Positions 39,920 to 50,166 of a stretch of DNA of 64,000 bases are shown here, in pieces. Source of the DNA: Anaeromyxobacteraceae bacterium (GTDB taxonomy: Bacteria; Myxococcota; Myxococcia; Myxococcales; Anaeromyxobacteraceae); the NCBI GenBank assembly GCA_047602405.1, contig JASGHJ010000002.1, forward strand, positions 512,001 through 576,000, given 5' to 3'. Each line of letters opens with the position of its first letter. Position 1 is the stretch's first letter. A program made the position numbers and the translations under genes. Below the pieces are notes generated by a model. That model had not been told where the DNA came from and made no database searches. It saw only the letters and a program-made list of their open reading frames with translations.

Positions 39920-40726
39920 ATGAAGGTCGTCATCTTCTGCGGTGGGCTGGGCATGCGGCTCCGGGAGTTCTCGGAGTCGATCCCGAAGCCGATGGTCCCG
40001 GTCGGCTACCGGCCGATCCTCTGGCACGTGATGCGCTACTACGCGCACTTCGGGCACAAGGACTTCATCCTGTGCCTCGGCTACAAGGCCGACACCATCA
40101 AGCAGTACTTCCTCGACTACGACGAGACGATCTCGAACGACTTCGTGCTCGCCGAGGGCGGGAAGAAGGTCGAGCTCCTCGGGAGCGACATCCACGACTG
40201 GAAGATCACCTTCGTGGACACGGGCCTGAACTCGAACATCGGCATGCGCCTCAAGGCGGTGCAGAAGTTCCTGGACGGGGAGGAGACGTTCCTCGCGAAC
40301 TACTCCGACGGCCTCACCGACCTCCACCTGCCGACGATGATCGACTACGCGAAGCAGCGGGACGCCACCGCCTGCTTCCTCGGCGTCGCGCCGAACTCGT
40401 CCTTCCACCTCGTGTCCTCGGCGCCCGACGGCACCGTGCAGAACATCCAGCACATCAAGGACATCGGGATGCGGGTGAACGGCGGGTTCTTCGTGCTCAA
40501 GCACGAGATCTTCGACGTCATGAAGGACGGCGAGGAGCTCGTGCAGGAGCCCTTCCAGCGGCTCGCCCACGACCAGAAGCTCGTCGCCTACCCCTACGAC
40601 GGCTTCTGGGCCTGCATGGACACCTTCAAGGAGAAGCAGAGCCTGGAGGACATGTACTCGCGCGGCCAGCCGCCCTGGGAGGTCTGGCGGACGAACGGCA
40701 AGGGCAAGAAGCTGCAGGCGGGCTGA
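39920..40726 (+). CDS. rfbF: Glucose-1-phosphate cytidylyltransferase
   Basis: FCGGLGMRLRE...PKPMV, FLANYSDG, NGGFF, GFWACMDT. Confidence 0.9.
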   Translation: MKVVIFCGGLGMRLREFSESIPKPMVPVGYRPILWHVMRYYAHFGHKDFILCLGYKADTIKQYFLDYDETISNDFVLAEGGKKVELLGSDIHDWKITFVDTGLNSNIGMRLKAVQKFLDGEETFLANYSDGLTDLHLPTMIDYAKQRDATACFLGVAPNSSFHLVSSAPDGTVQNIQHIKDIGMRVNGGFFVLKHEIFDVMKDGEELVQEPFQRLAHDQKLVAYPYDGFWACMDTFKEKQSLEDMYSRGQPPWEVWRTNGKGKKLQAG

Positions 40727-40759
40727 ACCCGCGGACCACGACGAGGGAACGACACCGGA

Positions 40760-41869
40760 ATGGAAACGCTTCAGGAGCTGCTCGAGAAGGACCTGTCGTA
40801 CCTCGCGGATTCGCTGCGCGAGGAGTTCAAGACGATGGAGGGCTCGAACCTCCTCATCACCGGGGGCGGCGGCTTCCTCGGCTACTACCTCGTCCAGTCG
40901 GTGCTGTACTGGAACGAGAAGCGGGCCGCGGCGCCCATCGACCTCACCGTGGTCGAGAACTACAAGCGCGGCGCGCCGGAGTGGCTCCTCGCGCTCCGCT
41001 CGAGGAGGCACTTCCGCATCGTCGAGCACGACGCCTCGAAGCCGCTGCCGGCCGACCTGCCGCCGTTCCAGTGGATCATCCACGCGGCCGGCATCGCCTC
41101 GCCGATCTACTACCGGCAGTTCCCCATCGAGACGATGGACGTGAACATCAACGGCCTGCGCCACCTGCTCGACGGCGCGCGGGCCCGCGCGGGCGGCCGC
41201 GACCCGGTGCGGGGCTTCATGTTCTACTCGTCGAGCGAGATCTACGGCGACCCCGCCCCGGAGATGATCCCGACGCCCGAGGACTACCGCGGCAACGTCT
41301 CCTGCACCGGCCCCCGCGCCTGCTACGACGAGTCGAAGCGCTACGGCGAGACGCTGTGCGTGAACTTCGCCCGCCAGTACGGGCTGCACGTCACCATGGC
41401 CCGGCCGTTCAACAACTACGGCCCCGGCCTCAAGATCACCGACCGGCGCGTGATCCCCGACTTCGCCGGGGACGTGCTCGCCGGGCGCGACATCGTGATG
41501 CTCTCCGACGGGTCGCCGAAGCGGACCTTCTGCTACTCGGCCGACGCCATCGCCGGCTACTACAAGGTCCTCGTGCGCGGCCGCGCCGGCGAGCCGTACA
41601 ACGTCGGCGTCGAGACCCCCGAGATCTCGATGCGCGAGCTCGCCGAGAAGGTGGTCGCGCACGCCCGCGACCTCTACGGCTACAAGGGCAAGGTCGTCCT
41701 GCAGCCGCCGAAGGAGGCGGACTACCTCGTCGACAACCCGCAGCGCCGCTGCCCGATCATCACGAAGGCCCGCACCGAGCTCGGGTACGACCCGCGGATC
41801 GGCATCGACGAGGGCCTGCGCCGCTCGATGGTCTGGTACGGCCACAACCGCGTCGCCCCGGAGGCCTGA
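40760..41869 (+). CDS. NAD-dependent epimerase/dehydratase, UDP-glucuronate decarboxylase-like
   Basis: TGGGGFLG, IASPIYY, SSSEIYGDP, GPRACYDESKRYGE, RTFCY. Confidence 0.88.
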   Translation: METLQELLEKDLSYLADSLREEFKTMEGSNLLITGGGGFLGYYLVQSVLYWNEKRAAAPIDLTVVENYKRGAPEWLLALRSRRHFRIVEHDASKPLPADLPPFQWIIHAAGIASPIYYRQFPIETMDVNINGLRHLLDGARARAGGRDPVRGFMFYSSSEIYGDPAPEMIPTPEDYRGNVSCTGPRACYDESKRYGETLCVNFARQYGLHVTMARPFNNYGPGLKITDRRVIPDFAGDVLAGRDIVMLSDGSPKRTFCYSADAIAGYYKVLVRGRAGEPYNVGVETPEISMRELAEKVVAHARDLYGYKGKVVLQPPKEADYLVDNPQRRCPIITKARTELGYDPRIGIDEGLRRSMVWYGHNRVAPEA

Positions 41870-41870
41870 C

Positions 41871-43208
41871 ATGAAGGTCTCGGTCATCGGCACGGGCTAC
41901 GTGGGCCTCGTCTCCGGCGTCTGCCTCGCCGAGGTCGGCCACGAGGTCACCTGCGTCGACGTGGACGCCTCGAAGGTCACCCGGATCATGAAGGGCGAGC
42001 CGCCCATCCACGAGAACGGCCTGCCCGAGCTGCTCGGGAAGGTCCTCGCGGCGAGGCGCTTCACCGCCACCCGCGACCTCAGGGCGGCGGTGCACGGCTC
42101 CGACCTCACCCTGATCGCGGTGGGCACGCCCTTCGACGGGCAGCGCATCGACCTCACCTTCGTGAAGGCGGTGGCGAAGGAGCTCGGCGAGGCCCTGAAG
42201 GACAAGCCGAGCTACCACGTGGTGGTCGTGAAGAGCACGGTGGTGCCCGGCACCACCGACTCGGTCGTGAAGCCGATCCTCGAGGAGGCCTCCGGCAAGC
42301 GGTGCGGTCCCGACTTCGGGGTCGGCATGAACCCCGAGTTCCTCACCGAGGGCCAGGCCATCGTCGACTTCATGAACCCCGACCGCATCGTGCTCGGGGC
42401 GATGGACGGCCGCGCGCTCGAGGTCCTCGACGGCCTGTACGCGCCGTTCCAGGGCGTGCCGCGCGTGCGCACGAACCCGCGCACCGCCGAGATGATCAAG
42501 TACGCCTCGAACGCGATGCTGGCCACCGCCATCTCGTTCTCGAACGAGCTCGGCAACCTCTGCGCCGCCCTCGGTGACGTGGACGTGGTCGACGTCATGG
42601 AGGGCCTGCACCTCGCCGAGTACCTCACCGTGAAGGGGGCCGACGGCCAGCGCAGGAAGGCCCCCATCGCCTCCTTCTTCTTCGCGGGCTGCGGCTTCGG
42701 CGGCTCCTGCCTGCCGAAGGACGTGAAGGCGCTCGCCGCGCACGGCGCCGCGAGCGGCGCGCCGATGCCGCTCCTCGAGTCGGTCATCACCGTGAACCGC
42801 GGGCAGCCCGGGCAGGTCCTGAAGCTCCTCGAGAAGGGGCTCGGCGACCTCGCCGGCAAGAAGGTCGGCGTCCTCGGCCTCGCGTTCAAGCCGGACACCG
42901 ACGACGTCCGCGAGTCGCCGGCCTTCCCCATCATCCGGCTCCTGCAGGAGCGGAAGGTGGCGGTGAAGGCCTACGATCCGGTCGCGACCGGCGAGGCGAG
43001 GAAGGTGCTCGGCGACAGCGTCGCCTACGCGCCGTCCGCGGCCGACTGCGTCGCGGGCGTGGACGCGGTGGTGCTCGTGACCCGCTGGAAGGAGTTCGAG
43101 GCGGTCCCCGCGCTCCTGCGTGCGATGCCGAACCCGCCGCTCCTCGTGGACGGGCGCCGGCAGCTCGACAAGCGGCAGGTGCCCCGGTACGCGGGCATCG
43201 GGTTGTAG
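41871..43208 (+). CDS. ugd: UDP-glucose/GDP-mannose 6-dehydrogenase
   Basis: IGTGYVGL, KSTVVPGT, NPEFL.EG, GFGGSCLPKD, FKPDTDDVRESP. Confidence 0.93.
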   Translation: MKVSVIGTGYVGLVSGVCLAEVGHEVTCVDVDASKVTRIMKGEPPIHENGLPELLGKVLAARRFTATRDLRAAVHGSDLTLIAVGTPFDGQRIDLTFVKAVAKELGEALKDKPSYHVVVVKSTVVPGTTDSVVKPILEEASGKRCGPDFGVGMNPEFLTEGQAIVDFMNPDRIVLGAMDGRALEVLDGLYAPFQGVPRVRTNPRTAEMIKYASNAMLATAISFSNELGNLCAALGDVDVVDVMEGLHLAEYLTVKGADGQRRKAPIASFFFAGCGFGGSCLPKDVKALAAHGAASGAPMPLLESVITVNRGQPGQVLKLLEKGLGDLAGKKVGVLGLAFKPDTDDVRESPAFPIIRLLQERKVAVKAYDPVATGEARKVLGDSVAYAPSAADCVAGVDAVVLVTRWKEFEAVPALLRAMPNPPLLVDGRRQLDKRQVPRYAGIGL

Positions 43209-43265
43209 CCCGCCGGGCTCGCGCTCCTCGAGCGGCCGCGCCGCCCGTGGAGCGCGCCCACGCCC

Positions 43266-45086
43266 TCAGCGGCCCTCGCGCGCGAGCCAGCGCGCGAGGT
43301 GGAGCGCGTAGAGCGACGACGCCTGCCAGTCGAGCGAGAGCTCGTTCGTCGACCAGCTGTCGTTGTCGGTGAACCGCCCGTCGGGCGGCGTGGCCGGGCC
43401 CCGCGGGAACGCGGGGTCGCCGAGGTACCCCCAGAACGGCACCGGGCGCTGGTGCGGCAGCGAGACGTCGAGCGGCTCGGGCGCCGAGTTCGGGCCGCCC
43501 GCGACCATGCCCGGGAAGTCGAACGGCTCGGCGCGCAGCGCCGCGAGCCACTGGTGGAAGCCGCGCACGCGGGCGCGGGTCACGCCGGGCAGCCCCGTCA
43601 CGTAGGCGAGGTGGAGGGAGTTGCGGCCGAGCACGTAGTGCACGTTCGCGAGCGCCTGCTCGCAGTCGGCGGCGTACCGGACGCGGTCCGCGAGGCAGAA
43701 GCGCGCGGACGAGGCGTTCGTCCAGACGAAGCCGGCGCCGTTCGACCCCCAGAACGTCGGCGCCGCGCGCTCGAACGGGTGGGCGGCGCCCTCGGCGAGC
43801 GCGGCGTCCGCGTTCCTGCGCATCCAGGCGCGGATGCCGGCCTTCACGGCGGGGTCGCCGGACGGGGCGCGCAGGTAGGTGAGGGCGGCGAAGCCCGCCG
43901 GGTGGATGAAGCTCGGGCGGCCCTCGAGCGGCGGCGCGGTGGCCGCGTAGGCGGCGAGGAAGCGCGGCTCGCCCGTCGCGAGCAGGAGCCCCGCCGCGGC
44001 CCAGGCGCGGACCTCGCGGCCGATGGCGCGGTCGCCGTCGAAGCGGTAGGCGGGGCAGGAGGGCCCATCGCTCGCGTCGTCGGGCCGCGCCTCCAGCCAG
44101 GCGAAGCCCCGGCGGGCCGCGGCGAGCAGCTGGTCCGCGAAGGCCGGGTCGTAGGGACGGTAGACGGGCGTCGCCGAGGCGAGCACGGCGGTGGCGCGGG
44201 CCGTGGCGAGGGCGCCCACCTCGCCGGCGCGGTAGGGCGGCACCGACTCGTAGCGGTTCGTGCCGTAGGGGCCGTAGCGGTCCTGGCAGGTGGTGCCGGC
44301 GAAGCCCCCCGCCCCGTCCTCGACCGAGAGCATCCACTCGAGCCCCCGGCGCGCCTCGTCGAGGAGGTCCGGGACCCCGTTGCCGGACTCCGGGAGCCCG
44401 AGGTCGTCGTCGGCCGGCGCGAGGTCGCGCCAGGTGTCGAGCATCCACTCGAGCGCGACCGCGGTGGAGGCGGAGTAGAGCGAGAAGTCCCCCGCGTCGT
44501 GCCACCCGCCGCGCACGCCCGGTGGCGCGAGGTGCGCGTCGCTCGCGTGGACCCACGGGCCGGCGGCGTGCGCGGGCTCGAGCGCGGTGAAGGCGCGCTG
44601 GTAGAGGAAGGCGCGCTGCACGGCGCGCGCCGCCGCGTCGAACACGCCGGGCCCGACGTCGAACGGCAGGCTCGCGAGGCCGGCGGCCTCGACGCGGTAG
44701 CGCCCCGGCGCCGTGAGCGCCGTGAGGTCGCCCACGAACGCCTCGCCCCCGGCGACCGCCGCGCTCTCGATCCGCCGCCCCGGCGCGTCCACGCGGAGCA
44801 CCTCGGCGCCGTCGGCGACCCGCACGACCCGGAAGCCCTGGAACGGCCGGGGCGCGCTGAACCGCTTCGCCATGCCCGGCGCGTACCCCACCTGAGAGGC
44901 CGCCAGGCGCGAGAAGGCGGGCTCCTCCGGGCCGAGGAGGGCCCGGCGCTGCCACCGCGCCGGCCAGCCGGCGGCCTCCTTCGCGAGCCCGCGGAGGGTG
45001 TCCCGGACCCCTGGGACAGCGAGCGCCGCGGCGGCCAGGATCGCGACGGCGAGGAGCGGGAGGCGGGCCGGGCGCGCGCGGGGCAC
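43266..45086 (-). CDS. Glycoside hydrolase family 9 (Ig-like N domain plus catalytic domain), exported or membrane-anchored
   Basis: GGWHDAGD, ESGNGVPDLLDEA, YVLGRN, FTDNDSWSTNE; hydrophobic N-terminus; GTG start inferred. Confidence 0.88.
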   Translation of the reverse strand: MPRARPARLPLLAVAILAAAALAVPGVRDTLRGLAKEAAGWPARWQRRALLGPEEPAFSRLAASQVGYAPGMAKRFSAPRPFQGFRVVRVADGAEVLRVDAPGRRIESAAVAGGEAFVGDLTALTAPGRYRVEAAGLASLPFDVGPGVFDAAARAVQRAFLYQRAFTALEPAHAAGPWVHASDAHLAPPGVRGGWHDAGDFSLYSASTAVALEWMLDTWRDLAPADDDLGLPESGNGVPDLLDEARRGLEWMLSVEDGAGGFAGTTCQDRYGPYGTNRYESVPPYRAGEVGALATARATAVLASATPVYRPYDPAFADQLLAAARRGFAWLEARPDDASDGPSCPAYRFDGDRAIGREVRAWAAAGLLLATGEPRFLAAYAATAPPLEGRPSFIHPAGFAALTYLRAPSGDPAVKAGIRAWMRRNADAALAEGAAHPFERAAPTFWGSNGAGFVWTNASSARFCLADRVRYAADCEQALANVHYVLGRNSLHLAYVTGLPGVTRARVRGFHQWLAALRAEPFDFPGMVAGGPNSAPEPLDVSLPHQRPVPFWGYLGDPAFPRGPATPPDGRFTDNDSWSTNELSLDWQASSLYALHLARWLAREGR

Positions 45087-45206
45087 GGCGCGAGCATCGC
45101 ACGTCCGGGCCGGCGGGGCGCGGGGGCGGGCGTCACCGCGTCGGGGGTGGCGGGCCTGCTTCACCGGGGGCCCGGTCTCCCGTACACTCCGGGCCCAAAA
45201 GGCGCC

Positions 45207-45380
45207 ATGCAGAAGCTCGTCCTCATGTCGGTGATCTTCATGTCGATCGTCCTGCCGGCCATCGCGGCGGGGGAGCGCGACGCGCGCCTCGCCGTCAAGA
45301 AGGCCGCGCTCTGGTACGTCGCCGGGGTCTGCGTCTACGCGTTCCTCGTGATGTTCGTCTACCCGCGGTTCGTGGGCTGA
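45207..45380 (+). CDS. Small (57 aa) two-TM membrane protein
   Basis: MQKLVLMSVIFMSIVLPAIAA...WYVAGVCVYAFLVMFVYPRFVG; typical GC3 codon bias; 10 nt upstream of the co-polymerase. Confidence 0.7.
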   Translation: MQKLVLMSVIFMSIVLPAIAAGERDARLAVKKAALWYVAGVCVYAFLVMFVYPRFVG

Positions 45381-45390
45381 GGGCCGGCGC

Positions 45391-46776
45391 GTGACGGGGA
45401 GCGCAGAGGTGCGGGCCTTCGCGGCCAGGGTCCCGGCCCCGGGCAGGGGCAAGCTGCGCCGCTCGGTCGGCTTCGTGCTGTCCTCGGTGCGGCGGCACCC
45501 GGTCCTCTTCCTCGCCACGTGGGCTGCCCTCGTCGGCGTGGTGCTCGGGCTCGTCGCGATCCTGCCCCCCGTGTACGAGGTGCGCTCGAAGCTGCTCTTC
45601 CGCCCGAGCGGCGTGCTCCGAGTGCGCGCCGACGGCAACCCCGAGCCGCCGACGCTCGCCACCGCCGAGAAGGTCATGCGCCGCGAGAACCTCACGCTGC
45701 TCGTCGAGAAGCTCGGCCTCGTCGAGGCGGCGGACCGCCACCGCGCGCCGGTCCAGCGGCTCCGGGACGCGATCCTGCGGCGGCTCCGCGAGCCCCCGAC
45801 GCACGAGGAGCGGGTCGAGATCTTCGTCGAGGTGGTGGAGAAGCGGCTCCGGGTCGACGCGTGGAAGGACGGCACGGTGAACTTCGTCGCGACCTGGGGC
45901 GACCCCGAGCTCGCGCACCAGCTCGTCGCCGGCATCCAGCAGGCGTTCCTCGACGATCGCCGGGCCATCGAGGTGGACGCCATCGAGAAGCTGATCGCGA
46001 TCCTGCGGGAGCACGAGGGGGTGCTGCAGGCCACCGTGGAGAAGGAGCTCGTGCAGCTCGAGAAGGCGGGGGCCCGCGACCCGGCGCTGACCTCGGTGGC
46101 GCTGCCGCAGCTGCGGGAGCTCCGCAGCGCCCGGGAGCGGCTCGCGAAGCTCACCGCCGCGAAGGAGCAGCTCGAGCTCGACCGCCGCCGGCGGACCGCG
46201 GGGCTGCGCTCGCAGCAGCAGGAGAAGCGCGGGATCTACTCCGAGGCCCACCCGGTCATGGTCGGGCTCCAGCAGCGGATCGACGCGCTCGACACGCCCG
46301 GCCCCGACGAGGTGCGCGTCGACCGCGAGCTGCGCGAGGCCCAGGCGATGGTCCAGGACCTCGAGGTCCGGCCCGGGCACCGCGACGAGCGGCGCGACGA
46401 GCGCCGCGAGGCGGGGCTCGAGCCGTTCCGCGGGGCGCGGTTCGCGGTGGCCGCCCCCGGCAAGCGCAAGGGGAGGGGCGAGGTGCGGGACCAGGCCGAG
46501 GGGACCCGCGCCCGCATCGAGCAGCTCGAGATCGAGCTCGACACCGCGCGGGCCGCCTTCCCATACCGCTACCTGGTGGTCGAGCCGCCGCGGGTCCCGG
46601 ACCGGCCGGTGCGGCCGCTCGAGGTCCCGGTGACCGTGGCCGCGGTGCTCTACGGCCTCCTCCTCGGCCTCTTCGCCGCGACCTTCTCCGAGCTGCGCAG
46701 CGGCTCGGTGCGGGAGGCCTGGCAGCTCGAGCGCGCCCTGGGCGGCGGCGTCCCGGTCGTCGAGGTGCGCCTGTGA
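45391..46776 (+). CDS. Polysaccharide co-polymerase (Wzz/Wzc N-type, no kinase domain), paralog 1
   Basis: TM1, PPVYEVRSKL, coiled coil, YSEAHP, RYLVVEPP..P..P..P, TM2. Confidence 0.85.
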   Translation: MTGSAEVRAFAARVPAPGRGKLRRSVGFVLSSVRRHPVLFLATWAALVGVVLGLVAILPPVYEVRSKLLFRPSGVLRVRADGNPEPPTLATAEKVMRRENLTLLVEKLGLVEAADRHRAPVQRLRDAILRRLREPPTHEERVEIFVEVVEKRLRVDAWKDGTVNFVATWGDPELAHQLVAGIQQAFLDDRRAIEVDAIEKLIAILREHEGVLQATVEKELVQLEKAGARDPALTSVALPQLRELRSARERLAKLTAAKEQLELDRRRRTAGLRSQQQEKRGIYSEAHPVMVGLQQRIDALDTPGPDEVRVDRELREAQAMVQDLEVRPGHRDERRDERREAGLEPFRGARFAVAAPGKRKGRGEVRDQAEGTRARIEQLEIELDTARAAFPYRYLVVEPPRVPDRPVRPLEVPVTVAAVLYGLLLGLFAATFSELRSGSVREAWQLERALGGGVPVVEVRL

Positions 46777-48294
46777 CCACCCTCACCGCCCGCGTCCCCC
46801 GCCTCGAATCTCGTGGCGCTCGCCTGGGTGTCCGGCCTCGGCCTCGCCGGGGCGCTCGCGATCGTCGTCGGCAACGGCAACCCGGCCCTCGCCTTCCTCC
46901 CGCTCGTGCTCGCCGGCGTGCTCGCGCTCGTGGCGTTCCAGCCGCTCCGGCGCACGCTCCTCGTGGTCGCGTTCCTGGCGCTCGTGCTCGAGAACCCGGC
47001 CGAGAGCTTCGGCAGCGGCCTCTGGAAGTCGCCCATCGCGACGCTGGGCGCCCTCTACCTCATGCAGCTGAAGCAGACGATCGGCGGCGGGCTGATCGTG
47101 ACCGGCCTCGACCTCGCGCTCGCGCTCGTGGCGTTCACCTGGCTCGTGCGGCGGATGCGGGGCTCCACCATCGACGCGGGCGGCCAGGTGGCCACCGCGT
47201 CGCCGATCGTCTGGGCCGCCGGCGTCTGCTACGCGACCATCGCGTTCATGGAGGTGTACGGGATCGCCCGCGGGGGGAGCTTCGCGAGCTCGCTCTGGCA
47301 GCTGTTCCGCGTCATCTACCTGCCCGGCGTCGTCCTGCTCTTCGCGGCGGCGCTGCGGGGCGGGCGCGACGCGCCGGCGCTCGGCCGCCTGATGGTCATC
47401 GCCGCGCTCTACCGCGCCGTCCTGGCCATCGTCATCCGCTGGCAGTTCCCGGATCTCGAGCAGATGCCGCACGCCACCACGCACGCGGACTCGATGCTCT
47501 TCGCGAACGCGTGCGTCCTCGTGGTGGCGAACCTGTACGAGCGCCCCGGCAAGCAGTCCGCCTGGACCGCCGTCGGCGTGCTGCCCGTCGTGCTGTGGGG
47601 CATGGTCGCGAACAACCGGCGGCTCGTGTGGGTCGAGCTCCTGATGGCCCTCGCGGTGCTCACGGTCCTCACCGGCTGGAGCCCCATCAAGCGGAGGATG
47701 TCGCAGGCCGCGATCCTGGCGCTGCCGTTCTTCCTCGTCTACGTGGCGGTCGGGTGGAGCCACCCCACCGGCCCGTTCGCGCCGGTGAAGACCATCCGCT
47801 CCGTCGTCGACTCCGACTCGGACAGCTCCACGAAGTGGCGCGACTGGGAGAACTACAACCTCTACGCGACGTTCGCGAAGAACCCGCTCGTGGGGAGCGG
47901 CTACGGGCACGAGTACGACGAGGTCGTGCACCTGCCGGACATCTCGGCGAACTACGAGCTCTACCGGCTCGCGCCGCACAACTCGGTGCTCGGGATCATG
48001 GCCTACGGCGGCGCCGTCGGGTTCGCGGGCCTGTTCCTCATGATCCCGATCGGCATGTTCTTCGCCGTCCGCTCGTACCGGCGCGCGATCGCCGCGCGCG
48101 ATCGCATCGCGTCCCTCACGGCGATCGGCGTGTTCGTCACGTACCTCAACCACTGCTACGGCGACATGGCGCTCGGCACGTACACCTCGGTCGTCTCGGT
48201 CGGCGCGGCCCTGGCGCTCGTGGGGAAGCTCGCGGTCTCGACCGGCGCCTGGCCGGTGGGGGCGCCCCGCTCCGCGGGGCCGGTCCCGCCGTGA
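46773..48294 (+). CDS. wzy: Wzy/O-antigen-ligase-like polymerase; apparent frameshift at 46806-46810
   Basis: More than 10 TM; NNRR, NPLVGSGYG, PHNSVLG...G.VG. GTGA-coupled start 46773 is in frame once one A is removed from GAATC. Confidence 0.8.
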
Positions 48295-48771
48295 CCGCGC
48301 CCGCGCGGACCCCCTTCGAGGGCGGGCGCTCCCCGCACCCGCTCGATTCTCGCCTGGCTGCGGCTCGGGCGGGACTGGGCGTGGCTCGCGATCGTCCCCG
48401 CCGAGCCCGGGCTCGACGTGTCGCTCCTCGCCCGCGCGCTCGCGCGGGTGGGCGAGGAGGTCTCGCAGGAGGCGGTCGAGTTCCGCGACGCCTCGCGGGT
48501 CGAGCCGGGGGGCGTGCCGGGGCTCGTGACCGACCTGCGCCGGGAGAAGCGCGGGGGGCGCGCGGTGGTGGCGCTCGCGTGCCCGCTCTCGAGCGCCGCC
48601 GCCCTCGAGGTCGCCCGCTCGGCGGACGGGGTCGTGCTCTGCACGCGCCGCGGCCAGACGCCGCTCGCCGGCGTGCGCGCCGCGGCGGCCGCGATCGGGC
48701 GCGCGAAGCTCGTGTGCTCGCTGCTCGTCGACGAGGGACCGCCGGCCCCGGCGCGCCGGCGGCGGGCCTAG
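48291..48771 (+). CDS. Short BY-kinase-like (pseudokinase) protein, paralog 1; apparent frameshift at 48345-48349
   Basis: WAWLAIVPA...; ARSADGVVLCTRRGQT...IGR..LVCSLL resembles the Wzc/CapB C-terminal fold; no Walker A; paralogous to 60279-60890. Confidence 0.65.
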
Positions 48772-49967
48772 CGACCCGCGTCGGCCGCGGCGGCGGGCGC
48801 GGGCGCGGGGGCAGGGCGCGCCGGCGCCGTCTCGAAGTGGCGCTTCAGCGAGAGGAACGGCTTCTCGAAGAGCTCGTAGCTCGCCACCGCCACCGCGAAC
48901 GAGGCCGCCGACGCGAGGAGCGCCTTCGCGAGCACGCCGGCGAGGTGGTTCCCGAGGAGCGCCGTCATCCGCGCGTCCGCGTCCCACAGGTAGAGCTGGT
49001 AGTTGAGGATCGCGTGGTAGACGTAGAGGCCGTACGCGTACTTCCCGATGGTCATCAGGCCGCGGTGCTCGAAGACCCGCGCGCGCCAGCCGGCGGGGGC
49101 CCCGGGGAGCCGTACCGCGAGCAGCGTGAACGCGCCGAAGAAGAGCGCGTAGAGCGTGTTCCGCACCTGGTGCAGCACCTCGAGCCCGAGCCCGGTCAGC
49201 GCGCACCAGGCCGAGACCGCGACGATCGCGCCGAGGAGGGCCGCCGCGGCGCGGCCGGCGCCCGCGAGCCAGGGGGCGGCGCCGGCGGGGCGGCGGATGA
49301 CGGCCGCGAGCCACGCCCCGACCACGAGCGTGTCCACGCGGGCCGGCGTGAGGACCGAGATCGACAGCTCGGAGACCCCCCAGAGCGCGAGCGCGACGCG
49401 GAGCCCGAGGCCCGCGACGACCACGCCCAGCGCGACCTTCTCGAGCGTCTCCCGGCGCAGGAGGAACACGACGAGCGGCCACACGAGGTAGAAGTGCTCC
49501 TCGATCGCGAGCGACCAGAAGTGGCTGAGGTAGCCGAGCGCCCAGGCGTTCTCGCGCGCGATGTAGAAGTTCGAGGTGTAGGTCCACAGCCACGCCTGCT
49601 CGCGGCGGGCGTGCTCGAGCGCCGGCGGGAGCGTCGTGACGAGGGGCAGGAGGAGGAAGGCGACGAGCAGCACCGCGTAGTAGAGCGGGAAGATGCGCAG
49701 CGTGCGGCGCGCGTAGAAGTTCCGGAAGTAGTGCGGCTTGCCCTTCGCCTCGAGCAACAGGCCGGTGATGAGGAAGCCGGACAGGACGAAGAAGAGGTCC
49801 ACGCCGAGCAGGCCGTAGCCGGCGGTCTTCACGACGAGCCGGTCGAGGAGGCCGGTGGGGTGGGCGTCGCCGACGAAGTGCAGCGCCATCACGGCGAGGA
49901 TGGCGAAGCCGCGCACGCCGTCCAGGCCGGGCTGGTGGCCGGTGAGCCTCGTCGAGTCGGGGTGCAT
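48768..49967 (-). CDS. Acyltransferase-3 (OafA-like) O-acyltransferase
   Basis: LDGVRGFA, GVDLFFVLSGFLIT, RRTLRIFP, HFWSLAIEEHFY, YGLYVYH, SYELFEKP. Confidence 0.93.
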   Translation of the reverse strand: MHPDSTRLTGHQPGLDGVRGFAILAVMALHFVGDAHPTGLLDRLVVKTAGYGLLGVDLFFVLSGFLITGLLLEAKGKPHYFRNFYARRTLRIFPLYYAVLLVAFLLLPLVTTLPPALEHARREQAWLWTYTSNFYIARENAWALGYLSHFWSLAIEEHFYLVWPLVVFLLRRETLEKVALGVVVAGLGLRVALALWGVSELSISVLTPARVDTLVVGAWLAAVIRRPAGAAPWLAGAGRAAAALLGAIVAVSAWCALTGLGLEVLHQVRNTLYALFFGAFTLLAVRLPGAPAGWRARVFEHRGLMTIGKYAYGLYVYHAILNYQLYLWDADARMTALLGNHLAGVLAKALLASAASFAVAVASYELFEKPFLSLKRHFETAPARPAPAPAPAAAADAGR

Positions 49968-50166
49968 CGCGCGAATGTATGCGGGCGACGCCCGCCGCTC
50001 AACGGCGCCCCCGCCCCCCCGGGGCGTGACCCCCGACCACGGGACCACCTCGCACGCTGGGTGTAGGTGCCTTCCGTGCCTCCCGGGAGGGGCGGGCCGG
50101 TGTGCGTGTTCCGTCGCCGGACCTGGGGAATGGACGGCCCGTCGAGGCGCGTACTAGGGTCCCCGC

